Positions 23,872-36,890 of a stretch of DNA of 64,000 bases are shown piece after piece. The stretch's first letter is position 1. The number at the start of each line of letters is the position of its first letter. The position numbers and the translations under genes are program-made. The notes beneath the pieces are model-generated. The model was not told the DNA's origin. It made no database searches and saw nothing but the letters and a program-made list of their open reading frames with translations. The DNA comes from Leucoraja ocellata (lineage: Eukaryota): contig JAWMAR010000341.1 in the NCBI GenBank assembly GCA_036785375.1, positions 186,001-250,000 of the forward strand. Direction: 5' to 3'.

Positions 23872-25532
23872 TGAACTGCTGGAACAGAAGTTCAGAATTT
23901 CCAGTTTTTATATAAAACAGAAACTTGTTCAGTGAGTGCACTAAATCCTTATTAAAAATAATTTTTCTGGAACTGATCCTTGCAACACAACCATGCACAA
24001 GAAATCTCTCTGTACAATAAAAACGCATAGAGGGAATTTCCCAGGGAAGGCTTGTGTTATTATCTATTTGGGTAAAATAGGTTCTCCTAAATTTATTAGA
24101 TTGTTGGCGTCTATTTATGCCCTCTAGATTTTGTTTCCTCATAACAGTAAATATACTTTTTTCTACAACTGCTCCATTAAATTTATAATTTTAGACAGGT
24201 CACCTTCCAGGCTTTTATTTTCAAGAAAAAACAAGTACCTTCTGGTTGGACTTTTCTGATGTCTTAAAAGTCTGTTGCCAGTTGGGGAAGTCACAAAGGC
24301 TTTATGAAGAGAAGTCACTGCTGTGTTTTAAGAAATACCTGCTTGAATCCATTGGGCTAGAAGAGAAAGTAGAATCAAGGGAGTTTGGGGCGCTGGAAGC
24401 AGGTGGGCACTATTCCCTTTTGCCCGATTGTTCACCCTCACTAGGGTCTTGGGTGTCAGATGGATTGGTGCTTAGACTTAACTTATTGGATCATTTACCA
24501 CTGGAACATTCTCATCCCCTGCCATCAACCACACCAGATATTCCAGTGTTATGTATGATATTCAGGTAGATTGGACAAAGGAATTGAGCTTGGATCACAG
24601 ATGAACTGAACTCCATCCAACAAATACACACTTTCTATCAAATTGTATTTAAGGAGGAAAAAATGTAAGATAAGCTTTCCTGCCCTAAATATTCCTATCT
24701 TTGCTCCCAAGTTATGTTCCTGTTCAGGACCATCTCCTTCTTTGTCATGATCACATAAAATTACTTAGGATGTAGAGCACTGAATCTCATTATTCTTTGG
24801 GCAAAGACATTTCTTTTGAATTTCTTGTAAGATGCCTTGGTGACTGTACAGATAACCTGTAGTCGTGTTTTTCTCCCACAAATGGAAATATTTTCTATAT
24901 CAAAACCATTCATAAGTTTATATTCATCTATTATGTTATCTCTCAGGCTTCTTTCCTCAAGAGAACAGAAACCCTATGCAGTGTCCTGTAAAGCTTTTCC
25001 AGGCCCTGATCTATCTGTTCATTTCATTCTACGCTGCATTAATTTGTTCCCATTAGACTCCGATCCCAGACCACAACCTTCATTTCCTGCAGACGTTAAT
25101 GCTTTTTGTTTTGGCCATATTGGATGCAGTTGGTTGGTAAGAGATATTGATCCAGTTTACTACAGAAACATAGGAACAGGGCAAGGCCACAGATCCTCTA
25201 ATCTGTTCAGGCATTCCATATGATCAGATGTAATTATGTGACCTTACTCCAAATCCCAATACCCTTCAATACTTCTTGTTAACAAAATGTTATCAATCTC
25301 AGATTTAAAATGTACAGTTGATTTAATGTTGGTTGCTAATTTGCAGAAAGGTGTTCCAAATTTCTGTTACCCACTGCATGAAACAATATTTTCTAACTTC
25401 TCGCCTGAAAGACCTTGAACTCATTTTTAGATTGTCTCCTAATCCTAGACTCCCTAACAGTAGTAATTTGAGCCAGAAATTTAATAAAATGACAGAAGGA
25501 TTTTATCCACTGCGTGATGGAATTTAATCTAA

Positions 25533-25672
25533 AGGGCCTGTCCCACTTGGGCGTCATTTGCACGTCACGCAGGCCATGCGCGCATCACGTGCACGTCATG
25601 ATGCACACGTCGTGCGTCGTGACGCGGAAATGATGTCACGGAAATGACGCGCAAATGCGTGGGACAGGCCCT
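25533..25672. mobile_element. PIF/Harbinger-type MITE (140 bp)
   Basis: 14-bp TIR AGGGCCTGTCCCAC / GTGGGACAGGCCCT, TAA TSD on both sides, CpG-rich interior. Confidence 0.85.
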
Positions 25673-25818
25673 TAAAATAGTGTTTGCACATTGTGTTTCT
25701 GGAAATTCTGTCGCTGCCCTTCTTGTCCATGAGGCTAATGGGTGTGTTTGAGTGACATCGAATGGCATGAAACCCATGATGGATGGCATTCTAGGGATTC
25801 TCAGAAGTAAACTGATAT

Positions 25819-26050
25819 TCTTCTTGCGAATGAAAAATAAACCAAAGGAATAGTTAGATCTCAAGCCAGGTGTTGAGCAGCCAGGTTGTTGTCTCTGTGT
25901 CAATGTCTGCCAGGCCCTGAGCTCCATTTGGTTGGTGGTAGAGCTAGCACCCAGAGAGACATGGTTGGCTGTCTGTTGTTCTGCTCCGCATTCACAGGCT
26001 GGTCTCTGGCGGAGTCCCCATCTCCACATGCTGGCATTGAAACACATGCT
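25819..26050 (-). mobile_element. RTE-X/I-like LINE 3' end with zinc-knuckle remnant
   Basis: FNASMWRWGLRQRPACECGAEQQTANHV (CxC...QT..H motif) followed by a GAA tail. Confidence 0.7.
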
Positions 26051-27714
26051 TAATTTCAGGAACAACTCTGGTGACAAAGTCCAAATCAACTGAAGAATCT
26101 GTTCCATACTTGGCTGTTACCGAAGAATTTGTTCCATACTTGGCTGCTACCTAGGAGAAGGTTCCTGTAGGATGGTGCTGAAGTTAACCTTCCTGAAGGT
26201 ACATTCTGGCTTTTTATCTGAGGGGCTCTGACACAATCCTTGCCCAGAACACCCACCGTAATTGCTAATGTTTTTCCACAGCTGTCACAAATGTACTCAT
26301 ATCAATCCAGACATTTAATACCATACTAGTTCACAATGGGGAAGGCTGCAAGCTTGTGGAGACAAAGTTGTGGTTTGCATGCTACCCTTGATCCCATGTG
26401 TTTAATACTCAGTTACCTGAACACATCATTAGATTCACATGTTGCATTGTGCATTGTGCACATTTGCACATGTCCAGATAGCATTAAACAAAATTGACAC
26501 GTCTTTCAAACAGTACAAATTTAGCTTAAATTGATACATTTCATGGCCTCTATTTAATGTATTAGTTCTTAATGTTTTGAATACTTTAATCTCAACTCTT
26601 CACCGTGGGAATTTCTGAACATGTCACTGTAGAGTGTGTAAATTAATTTACAGGGTACACCAATTATTCAGGTGAATATTATACCCTGCAGCATACCCTT
26701 TCTATTATGTGGTACCTGGATCAATTCAGAGCACTGCAAGTGTAGTCTAATCTGAGATATTAAGTAATTTGCTATTATAAGCTTTTTTAGTGACATCATA
26801 TAACCGCCACTGACATAGCAAATCAGTTCTGTTCAACATTTTGAAATTCCCTTCTCTAAGTTGCTAAGTTTAATTTGAAAGATTGTCATTTAGTATTGTA
26901 GGTGAGAGCAAAATGCCTCATGGCTGTAATAGAAGCTCCACGTAGTCTATAATCTGATTGCTTTTCCCAAAAGATGGCTGAGGATTACACTAATGTCCAG
27001 GAAAGAGTAATAAGCTCATAGCTTGGGGGAAATCTGACAATATCTAGGGGTAATAAATAGTAAGAGTTTTGCATATTTAGTTTTAGAAGGTTCATTTGGA
27101 GGGAATACATTGAAGACACAGCAAAAGGGATAGTTGTAGGCAGCGAAAGAGCGAGAATGAGAAAGAGTCAGAATCATAGGAGTAGAAAAGTAAAAAATAC
27201 AGAGGTGAGGTTAAGTGTGTGAGAGCCAGCCAAATGCACAAGGAATCCATAATTAAATAATAGGAAACTTGAATAAATAATTATAGAAAGAGCAATGTAA
27301 AATGTATTTCATTTTAACTGTGAGAACATTTGCAGGCATTATATATAGTTGCTGGCAAAACAAGCTCAGAATTTAAAATTCTGACGATATAAACTACTAG
27401 AACTGCTGAAACTATTTTTGACATTCAGCTGCCTTTTGACTAATTGTTATTCATAGTCTTTGTGCACGTTTTGCTGCTTTTTCTCTGCAAGTTAATACCT
27501 TAGGCTTCGTGAATTGTTGATAAATATTGGTTTTAAATATTGCAAAACTGATCTGCATAAAAGCCAGAATGGGTATAAAGTGTGTAGGATCATGCTAATT
27601 TAAGAATATTATTCACATGTGCAACGGCTGAACTGTTCTTTGTAAGAAAAGTTTTAATACAGGAAAATGTGATGGAGTTGAATTAGCATAACTAAAATGG
27701 TATGATTGTTGTAA

Positions 27715-28080
27715 ACATCACCAACATCATCAAAGACTCACACTATCCTGGCCACACACTCATTTCACCATTGCTATCGGGAAGAAGGTACAAGAGCCTG
27801 AAAACTATAACGACCGGGCTCAGGAACAGCTTCTTCCCTAAAGCCATCAGGCTGTTAAACACAACAGCAAATAAGCTCTGAAATATAACAGACTATTATT
27901 ATTATTGCACTATATTTGTTTATTTATTGATTATGTGTGAATGTGTGTATATATATACCCTGAACGTTTTTTTCCCCCGTTGTGTATTATGTTTACATGT
28001 TCTGTTGTGCTGCCGCAGGCATGAATTTCATTGTCCTATCTGGGACATATGACAATAAAACACTCTTGACTCTTGACTCT
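27715..28080 (+). mobile_element. Rex/Babar-like LINE 3' end with (CTTGACT)n tail
   Basis: IIKDSHYPGHTLISPLLSGRRYKSLKT.TTGLRNSFFPKAIRLLN, a typical RT C-terminus. Confidence 0.75.
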
Positions 28081-29665
28081 TACATTGCTGGGTTTATGAT
28101 TGTATCTCCACTGACAGAAAGACAACTTGCATTTATTTACCTTCTTCAACATAATAAATAAAAAGTCCCATTTTGCCTCACAGGCAAAAGGCATATTAGG
28201 ACAGGTCTTTGTCTGTGTGCACCTATTACCTGCCACGCTTTGTCCTGCCTCTCTTCCAACTTTCTCTCCCTTCCCTACTATCAGTCCAAAGAAGGATCCT
28301 GACGCGGAACCTTCACCAACCCATGTTCTCTGGAGATGCTGCCTGATCACTGATTTACTTCAGCATTTTGTGTCCTTTTGCGTAAACCAGCATCTGCAGT
28401 TCCTTGTTTCTACATTAGGACAGGTTAATCTGGTCAAAATATAGGTCTAATGAGCACCTCATAAAGGACAATAAATATAGAGGTGGAGAGATTTAGGGAG
28501 AGAATGCCAGGAGAATAGAAGGCCGAGTCACTAATGATGAGATGAAGAAAATGAGGGATGTGCAAATAACTAGAATCAGAAGAGCACAGAGACGGAGGAA
28601 ATTTACTAAATGTATTGTATTCCTGCGTTCTCATTATTTTGTCCTGATAAGGTCACTAACATCAAACCACTTACATTCTCTTTCGAACCATTAATGTATA
28701 TGGTGAAAAATAAAGGATGCAGCACCACTGGTTACAGTTTTTCAATTTGAAAAAAAACAATTTTTAAGATGTGGTGAGTCTAATTTCTTGTCTGTTATCC
28801 ACTAGTTGTGACCAGGCTGTTGGAGCTATTTTCTGTGGCCTTGGAATGTATATGGGAAAAAAATAGCAACAGCTCCTCTTTCTAATTGCATTTCAATGAA
28901 AAATAGTATTTATCTATAGTAAATGCTACCAATGTATGCAAACAAGTGTTAAAATAAGTACTCAGTTCAGTCCATCAGGAGGAGCACAGTCCTCCCCATC
29001 ATGAAAGCATCTACATGAAGCGCTGCTTCAAGGAAGACGGTATCTATCATTACGAGGCCCATGTCCTCTTCCCGATGGGCAGGAGGTGCAGACCAGCAGG
29101 AGGTGCAGTCTAAAGTCACACACCACCAGGTTAAGGAACAGCTATTTTTCTACAACCATCAGATTCTTGAACCAACCTGCACAACCCTAATCCAACCTTA
29201 GTAATGGAGCACTTTGGAACACCTCTTCTTGCACTACCAAGGACTTTTATTTCGAATTCTGTTTTGCACAAATGTCTTGTTTTATTCTTTATGCAACATT
29301 TATGCAGAATTTATATGTTGTATGTTGTGTGAGGCTATGTGCCTGTGAAGGTACTGTAAATACAATTTTCATTGTTCATGTACCTTATCATACTAATGCA
29401 TATGATAATAAACTTGACCTGAATTCATTTTCAGGATATAGGATTTGTTGGCAAGATCAACATTTATTGTTCATCCTAACTACCCTTGAGAAGATGACGA
29501 TGAGCAGCCTTCTTAGACCATTTCAGTCCTTATTGCGAAAATACTCTCATGGGACTATTGGGTAGAGATTTCCTGGATGAACAATGAAGAACAATGAAGA
29601 AATTGTGATAGATTACCAAGACAGGTCAATGTGTAACTTTAAGGGGAACTTCCAGGTGATAGTGT

Positions 29666-30788
29666 AGGAAGGAATTGCAGATGCTGGTTTAAACCAAAGA
29701 TAGACACAAAATGCTGGGGTAGCTCAGCGGGACAGGCAGTATCTCTGGAGAGAAGAAGTGGGTGACGTTTCGGGTCGAGACTCTTCTTCAGACTGAAAGT
29801 CACGGGAAAGGGAAACTAGAGATATAGACGATGATGTAGAGTGATATAGAACAAATGAATGAAAGATATGCAAAAAAGTAATGATGATAAAGGAAACAGG
29901 CCACTGTTAGCTGTTGGGTGGGTGAGAATGAGAAGCTGGTGCAACTTGGGTGGGGGAGGGATGGAGAGAGGGAATGCAGGTGTTAGTTGAAGGTAGAGAA
30001 ATTGCAATTCATACCCCTGAGTTGTAAACTGCCCAAGCAAAATATGAGATGCTGTACCTCCAATTTGCGTTTAGCCTCACTCTGACAATGGAGGAGGCAT
30101 GGGACAGAAAGGTCAGTGTTGGAATGGGAAAGGGAATTAAAGTGTTTAGCAAGCGTGAGATCAGTATGTCTAGGCGGACTGAGCGAAGGCGATCAGCGAA
30201 ACGATCGCCCAGTCTACTTTTGGTCTTGCTGATGTATAAGAGTCCACATCTTGAACAACGGAGATGTAGAAGATTCCATATCTTGAACAACGAGGATATA
30301 TGAGTCCACATCTTGAACAATGGAGATTTTTTTAGTTTAGTTTTGAGATACAGCGCTGAACAAGGCTCTTTGGCCCATCGACCAGCGATCCCTGCACATT
30401 AGCACAAGCCTACACACACTATGGACAATTTACACTTATACCAAGTATACAAACCTAATCCAATTAACCTACAAACCTGTACGTCTTTGGAGTGTGATAG
30501 GAAACCGAAGATCTCGGAGAAAACCCACGCGGGAAGAACATACAGTATAAACTCCGTACAGACAGCACCCGTAGTCAGGATCGAACCGGGGTCTCCAGAG
30601 ATGTATAAACACCTTAATTCCTCTTCCCATTCCCACATTAACCTTTCTGTCCTGGGCCTCCTCCATTGTCAGGGTGAGGCTAAATGCAAATTGGAGGAAC
30701 ATTCATATCATATTTCGCTTGGGCAGCTTACAACACAGGAGTATGAATATTGATTTCTCTAAATTCAAGTTACCCCAGCATTTTGTGT
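29666..30788. mobile_element. Penelope-like element (GIY-YIG fragment, inverted duplication) with a nested V-SINE at 30330-30600
   Basis: Minus ORF LRCSRCGLLYISKTKSRLGDRFADRLRSVR is GIY-YIG-like. 30610-30770 is an inverted copy of 29985-30145. TAGTGT direct repeat at 29660-29665 and 30789-30794. Confidence 0.8.
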
Positions 30789-32007
30789 TAGTGTTCTCTT
30801 GGGCCTGTTGTCCTTAAAATTGTGTATTTGTATTTTGCTGTTGGATTCAATGAGGCAAGTAACTGCAGTGAATTTTAAGATAGTATGTGCAGCAACCATG
30901 GTACATCAGTGGTCGGGTGGAATGAATGTTCAGTGATGGATAAGGTTGGCCAATTATATGATGTGTTTCTGGTCAATGATGCCTCCAGGTGCAGTGATGG
31001 TTTTACTATTGAATATCCAAGGATTGATGGTTGGACTGTTTGTCAATGATAGTCGTTACTGGCACTTCTGTGGCATGAATGTTTTTTGCCACTAATTCAC
31101 ATGTCAAACTGTTTTCAAGGTCTTGCAAAAGGCAAACATGGAGTGTTTTATTTGCTTAGAAGTTGGAAATAATATTGAACAATGCACAATTATTTGCAAA
31201 TATCTCCACTTCTGACCGTGCCATAAAGGTAATTAATGAAACAGTTGAAGACAGAAGACGAGGAAAGTGCCCTGAAGAAATCCTGTGAGTGAGTTCTATA
31301 AGTATATGAAGTTACTGTTTGATTAAGCTGTGGGTCGATTCTCCCTCAGATCCTTCGAGCTGAAACGTTAATTTTTATTTTCTTCCACATTTGCTGCCCA
31401 ACCTGAAAATTTCCAGCATTTTTTGTTTTTAACCTTCCAATTTAGACACTGGTCCCCAGATATTTTTGAGGAAGACCTTACTAGATCACAGAGGTTGATA
31501 TTAGGTCAATTATTCATTTTATTTCTTGCTGCTTTAATGGATCAAGTTAGCAATAATCTTATTGAATGGCAGGGAAAGCTTTGTGTGTGTTGTCCAATCA
31601 AATCAGATTGTAGTGGCACCTGCTGGTGCCTTGGGGTAGTCAAACCCTCGGATTGGCTACTCCAGTCATGCGGGCGCAGGTAGCGGGTTTCGCGCGTTTT
31701 TTGTCGAGTTCATTTATTCGAGCGCCACACTTGTGGATGCAACTTTGTTTATTTAGCTGTCTTACAGATGCGTTATTCATTGATTTACCGTTCGTAATAA
31801 AGTTAATTGAATTAACTCACGGTCTCGACTCCGCTAAAAGATAATACTATGCATGAATACAATCGTCAAACTCAAGTACAATAGTTAGATCAAAGGGGAA
31901 GACACAGAGTGCAGAATATAGTTCTCAGCATTGTGGCTCACCAGTTCCGTAGACAAAGTCCAATGTCTGCAATGGGGTAGAGGTGCTTTGGACAGTAGCC
32001 TAGCTTA

Positions 32008-32393
32008 TACTGGATAGACTCGGCTTGTACTCGCTAGAATTTAGAAGATTCAGGGGGGATCTTATAGAAACTTACAAAATTCTTAAGGGGTTGGACAGGC
32101 TAGATGCAGGAAGGTTGTTCCCGATGATGGGGAAGTCCAGAACAAGGGGTCACAGTTTAAGGATAAGGGAGAAATCTCTGGAATTCTCTGCCACAGAAGG
32201 TAGTTGAGGCCAGTTCATTGGCTATATTTAAGAGGGAGTTAGATGTGGCCCTTGTGGCTAAAGGGACCAGGGGGTATGGAGAGAAGGCAGGTACAGGATA
32301 CTGAGTTGGATGATCAGCCATGATCATATTGAATGGCGGTGCAGGCTCGAAGGGCCGAATGGCCTACTGCTGCACCTATTTTCTATGTCTATG
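32008..32393 (+). mobile_element. Young CR1 3' fragment inserted in an older LINE tail
   Basis: LYSLEFRRFRGDLIETYKILKGLDRLDAGRLFPMMGKSRTRGHSLRI, with the tail identical in type to 12540-12755. Confidence 0.9.
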
Positions 32394-33704
32394 TTATGGA
32401 AGGACCCTTCAGAAGCCTGATAATAGAAGTGAAAAAAATTGTTCCTGAGTCTGATGGTGTCCACTTGTGTTTTCAGGTTGATCATTGTACCTGTACCCGT
32501 ACCTCACCGGACTTGACACCTGACTTGAATACTTGGTGCATTCATGAAATGAAAAAAGCAGAGTTAATATTTCTGGTTGAATTGTTGTGACAAATAGTCT
32601 TTGATCTGAAACTAATTTTGATTTTATTTTTATATATGCTGCTTGACTCGTTGATTGCTTGCAATAGTTTCTGTTTCTGGTTTGGATTTCCTGCATATGC
32701 AGTTTGTTTTATTTTTTGAGATAAATGAGGCTCACGGACTCGTGCCAGGCTCGTAGAGCCAATGTTCCATTAACTTTGTGTGTCATCTGAAATTTTCTCA
32801 TGTTGAGGGGAAACAGAATTCGATTATCAGTGGCCAACATTGCCAAGGTTAATCCTCTTCTAAAACAAAGTTTCTTCACCTATTCCTTCCAATCGAGGTC
32901 ACTGGAGTATCACTGGAAAAAAAGTCAGTAGATTCAGCGCCCAACAGATGATGTTATGCAGCTGACAGAACCATGCTAAGAACATTTCAGCATATTTTGA
33001 AAATGGAAATAATTTTGTCACCTGACATTTAAGACTTGTTCTCTCCGCGGTGGAGATGGTAATTCCCCAGCGTTATCTGATCAAGGATCCTCACTCACAG
33101 CTGGGAGTTAAAGTTGCTTCACAGCAGTATTTTCTCTCTGAGGCATAGTAAGCTTTTTGTTTCCGTGCAAAAGTTGAACAATTATGTCAGGCACTTTTCT
33201 AAATTTTTAATGGAGCTCTGTCTGCCCATCAACACTTCTTATTTAAAATTTCATTTTTTCCATTTGCATTTGGTGTGCTGCATTCTACATTTGGCTTGTG
33301 TGAGCAATTCAGAATGTATACGTCTGTTGTCTAATAGTTCTTATCGCCTCTGCACTCTACTATTATTCATCACAACCTTGCCTGGGAGAGTTTTAACAGG
33401 AACATTTTTGATATTCATTTGTAATGTGGTTCTCTGCACATTTCTCTCCTTCCTCGTAACTTCTAAATACTCCACTTTACATGATTTTTCTCTTCTCCGC
33501 TTTCTCACTGTTAAAATCAGTAATTATCACAATTTTCTGGTATAACTCATTATTCTAAAGACTTCAGTCGTGGAATTCTTCAGTCTTTCTTCTACAAATC
33601 TTGGTGTTACTCAGGCATTATTTTCTACTTTATCCCACCAATTATTTTGAACCATGGTGTTATGCCTTACAGTGAGTTGTGTCTCTTCCACAGGTTCTCT
33701 AATT

Positions 33705-34442
33705 CAGTGCTTCTTAATCTGGTGAATGGTTCACCCCAGGGAGAATGAAATTATTTTGGGGTGAATTAAACTAGAGTGGTGAATGAAAGGTGAATTAATT
33801 AATTTATTCAGATATATAAATATATATATTAAAAAATATATATAATTTTTTCTATACTTAAAAAAGGCATTGCCATTAAAGTGGTTATTGGTTATTGATT
33901 TTAATGGCAGTGGAGCTGGAAATTTGGTATGTTTTTTTCTCTTAACCCTATGGTTTTCTAATTTGATATTTGGTGGTATTGTGAGCTTTCGTCAGGGAGA
34001 GATACAGAAAGTTATATTGGATTCTAATATATTAAATGACATACTCCATGGTTTTTTGAGCTAATTTTCCAAGAAAAAAAACTGCAGTAATCAAAGCCCG
34101 AAAGGGTAGGATGGAGCTGAAGCTCAGCGTTTAGATGTTGGAATGTTTTTTTTAAATTTTAATAGAATGATATTCCAACTCCAGTGGTAATTAAACTTTT
34201 TTTTTCACTCCTAGTTTTCTTTATATTTTCAGGATGTTCAAAAAGTTGAATTAAATAAACACTTAAGAAATGAGTTAATTCATGTTTTTTGCTCATGTGA
34301 CAAAATAAATTAGATATACAATTATAAAGGGAGAATAAGACGAAAATTACCAAAGAACATAAGGAAATTTAGTCGAGGGCGAATTAAATTTTGTGATAAA
34401 GACTCAAGGGTGAATGACACTGAAATAGTTTAAGAAGCACTA
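33705..34442 (+). mobile_element. Non-autonomous hAT (Charlie-like) transposon
   Basis: TIR CAGTGCTTCTTAA / TTAAGAAGCACTA. Perfect 8-bp TSD CTCTAATT at 33697-33704 and 34443-34450. Confidence 0.9.
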
Positions 34443-36119
34443 CTCTAATTTATAACAAAATATAAATTTGCTCCTAAACCTGCTTTAGTGCTATGATTTG
34501 ATAATTAACTAGGGGTTGCATAGCTTCCCTTCATTCTGGTTAAATTGTGCAAAGTAGTTAGAAAATAGTTTTGAAAATTATTATTTAAAACTGGCAGAGA
34601 AATTGAGAACAGGCAAATGTGGGAGGCAGATTTTTTTAAATGCTATTAAATAGCAAAGATTAAGAGTTTTAAGAGTGAGGAGATAAAAGATCAAAGAGTG
34701 TAGAGTGCATCTCACAGGAATATTGATAGTAACCCCTGATGCCATTCTCGAATTGATGTGTTGGGAATAATCTCTGGCATCTGAAAGTAAGTCAAATGAT
34801 GTGCAAAAATGTAGTCTAGAACTCTTAGGTCCATTTCATATACTGATTATTAATTTACAATGTTGTCAGATGAGGAGGTCCCCATTCCTCTTTCTGGTTC
34901 AAAAACTGAATTGGAGTCACATCAACATTCATTACTGGAGATCACTTTGTGGTATTTTGTGATAATAATGAATGAGATGCCTCATAAATGCCAATACTCA
35001 GATGATGAACATAGAACAATACAGCACAAGAACAAGCTCACAATATCTATGCCTTATATGATGCCAAGACCAACTATTATCTGACTGCGTAATCCGTATC
35101 CCTCCATTTACTGCATATCGATATGCCTATCCAAATGTCTCTTCAATGCCACTATCGTAACTGAAATGTAAAGAAGTCTGCCAAACTATGGAGATTAGCA
35201 TATCAGTGTATTAACCAATGGGTAAAATATTTGCCTTTCCAAGTTTCATATGTTTATACAATTATTTATCGTTACTTCAAAATGGCCATTGAAAACTGAT
35301 GCTATGGAGAGTAATTAAGTTGAACAATTCTTCATTTAAGCTGTAGAGTAAAAAAGGAAAACAACTTGCACATTGATGAGCTTGGGATATGCCAATTCAC
35401 TATTATAATAGAGGAAAATGTACAGCAGTATAAAAAAACAGATAATCTGTTTCTGTGATGTTTATTGAGAAATAAATACTGAATTGTAATTTATATTGAC
35501 CACTTGGTCAATTTGAAGTGACAATAATTAACTGCATAAAGCACATAAAGCCTAGAAACAGCTACATTGATGCTGTTTCAGTCAGTATGTACCAGCATGA
35601 CAAGAAGCAATGATCACTGAAGCACTGAATAGTTTTTTTATGACTTGATACCATGATATGGTAACCAGCCGTAGTTTGGAAGACATCTTAATATTTCCTG
35701 GCCTGAAGGAAGATTTGCATTTATAAGGAGGTTTTGCATGACCTTAAAATATCTGAAACATTTTCACATTGCTTCTCTATTCGCAGGCCAATGAGGAAAA
35801 AGATCAAAATCAGCAGATGTTCTTTGTTTTAAATCCCTCAATCAATAAGATCAGTTGGATTCAGCAGAACATTAAAAAATAGAGGGTATGGGTTATGAGT
35901 CATGGTGGAGCTCTAAGTGTGAATTACTCCATCTATTGGAAGTTTCAGCACAGATGCCTGAGGGATTGATATGGATACACCAATTGAATCACAAAGCGTG
36001 AATGTGCAGATAGGGCATCACATTGGTCTTGGAGACCCTCAAAATAATAAAGCTAAAGATAAATTGCATTTTCAAATATTCTTCTCAAAACTCAAAAGTT
36101 TTGAGAACTATCCTTTAAG

Positions 36120-36420
36120 TGAAGCTGGTAGAATTGCTGTCTCAGAGCACCAGAGCCCCGGGTTTGATCCTAACCTCTGGTGCTGTCTATGTGGAGTTTG
36201 TACGTTCTCCCTGCAATCTCTACGTGCTCCAGTTTTCTCCCACATTCAAATAACGTGCGGGTTTGTAGTACCTTCAATTTACCGTTTATAATTGGCCTCT
36301 GTAAATTGCTCCTAGTGTGTTGGGAGTGGATGCAAAGGAGGGATAGAATAGAACGATTGTGAAGGAGTGATTGATAGTTTGCGTGGGTGGGCCAAAGGGC
36401 CCATTTCCATGCTGTTTGCT
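36120..36420 (+). mobile_element. V-SINE/HE1-like SINE
   Basis: tRNA-like head (cccgggtttgatcc) plus V-domain gtggagtttgtacgttctccc...ccagttttctcccaca. Confidence 0.75.
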
Positions 36421-36654
36421 TCAATGCAATCAGGTGCTTACTATTTATTAGCACAAAACACCCCTAGATCTATCAGGTATTTTGTAAAGTCAAATGCATC
36501 ATATCAATATTAAATGGGAACTATTTCCTCAAGAACTGACCAAGGATTTGCACACATAATGCAATGGTCCTATGTTTGGCAATCTCAACAGCTACCTGAT
36601 ATCCTAGCTTCAGTGGTTATATAGATTGATATTCTATAAACGTGACCACAAAAT

Positions 36655-36890
36655 TCCATACTGACAAACCAATATGGCACTGAGGAAGTCTGCACTCTTG
36701 GAAGTACAGTCTCTCAGATAAAGCTCTCTGAGTTGGTTGTGAAAAATCACACGGTGCTCTTTTGAGAAAGAGCACGGTAGGGGATTGGGGTTGGGTCGAA
36801 GTAATCCCTGATATTCTAGCCAATATTTTGCCCTAAAAATCATTCTACAAAATGTTAATATGTAACTGCAATTCAATTGCAATTGGCTGT
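36655..36890 (+). mobile_element. Ancient DeuSINE/SacSINE1-like relic
   Basis: gcactgaggaagtctgcac...gaaagagca...ctagccaatattttgccct resembles the Deu domain as I recall it. Confidence 0.5.

Noticed and set aside
24246-24569. 107-aa ORF as a coding exon
   Set aside because: Non-ATG start, no recognisable domain, and no convincing splice-phase support.
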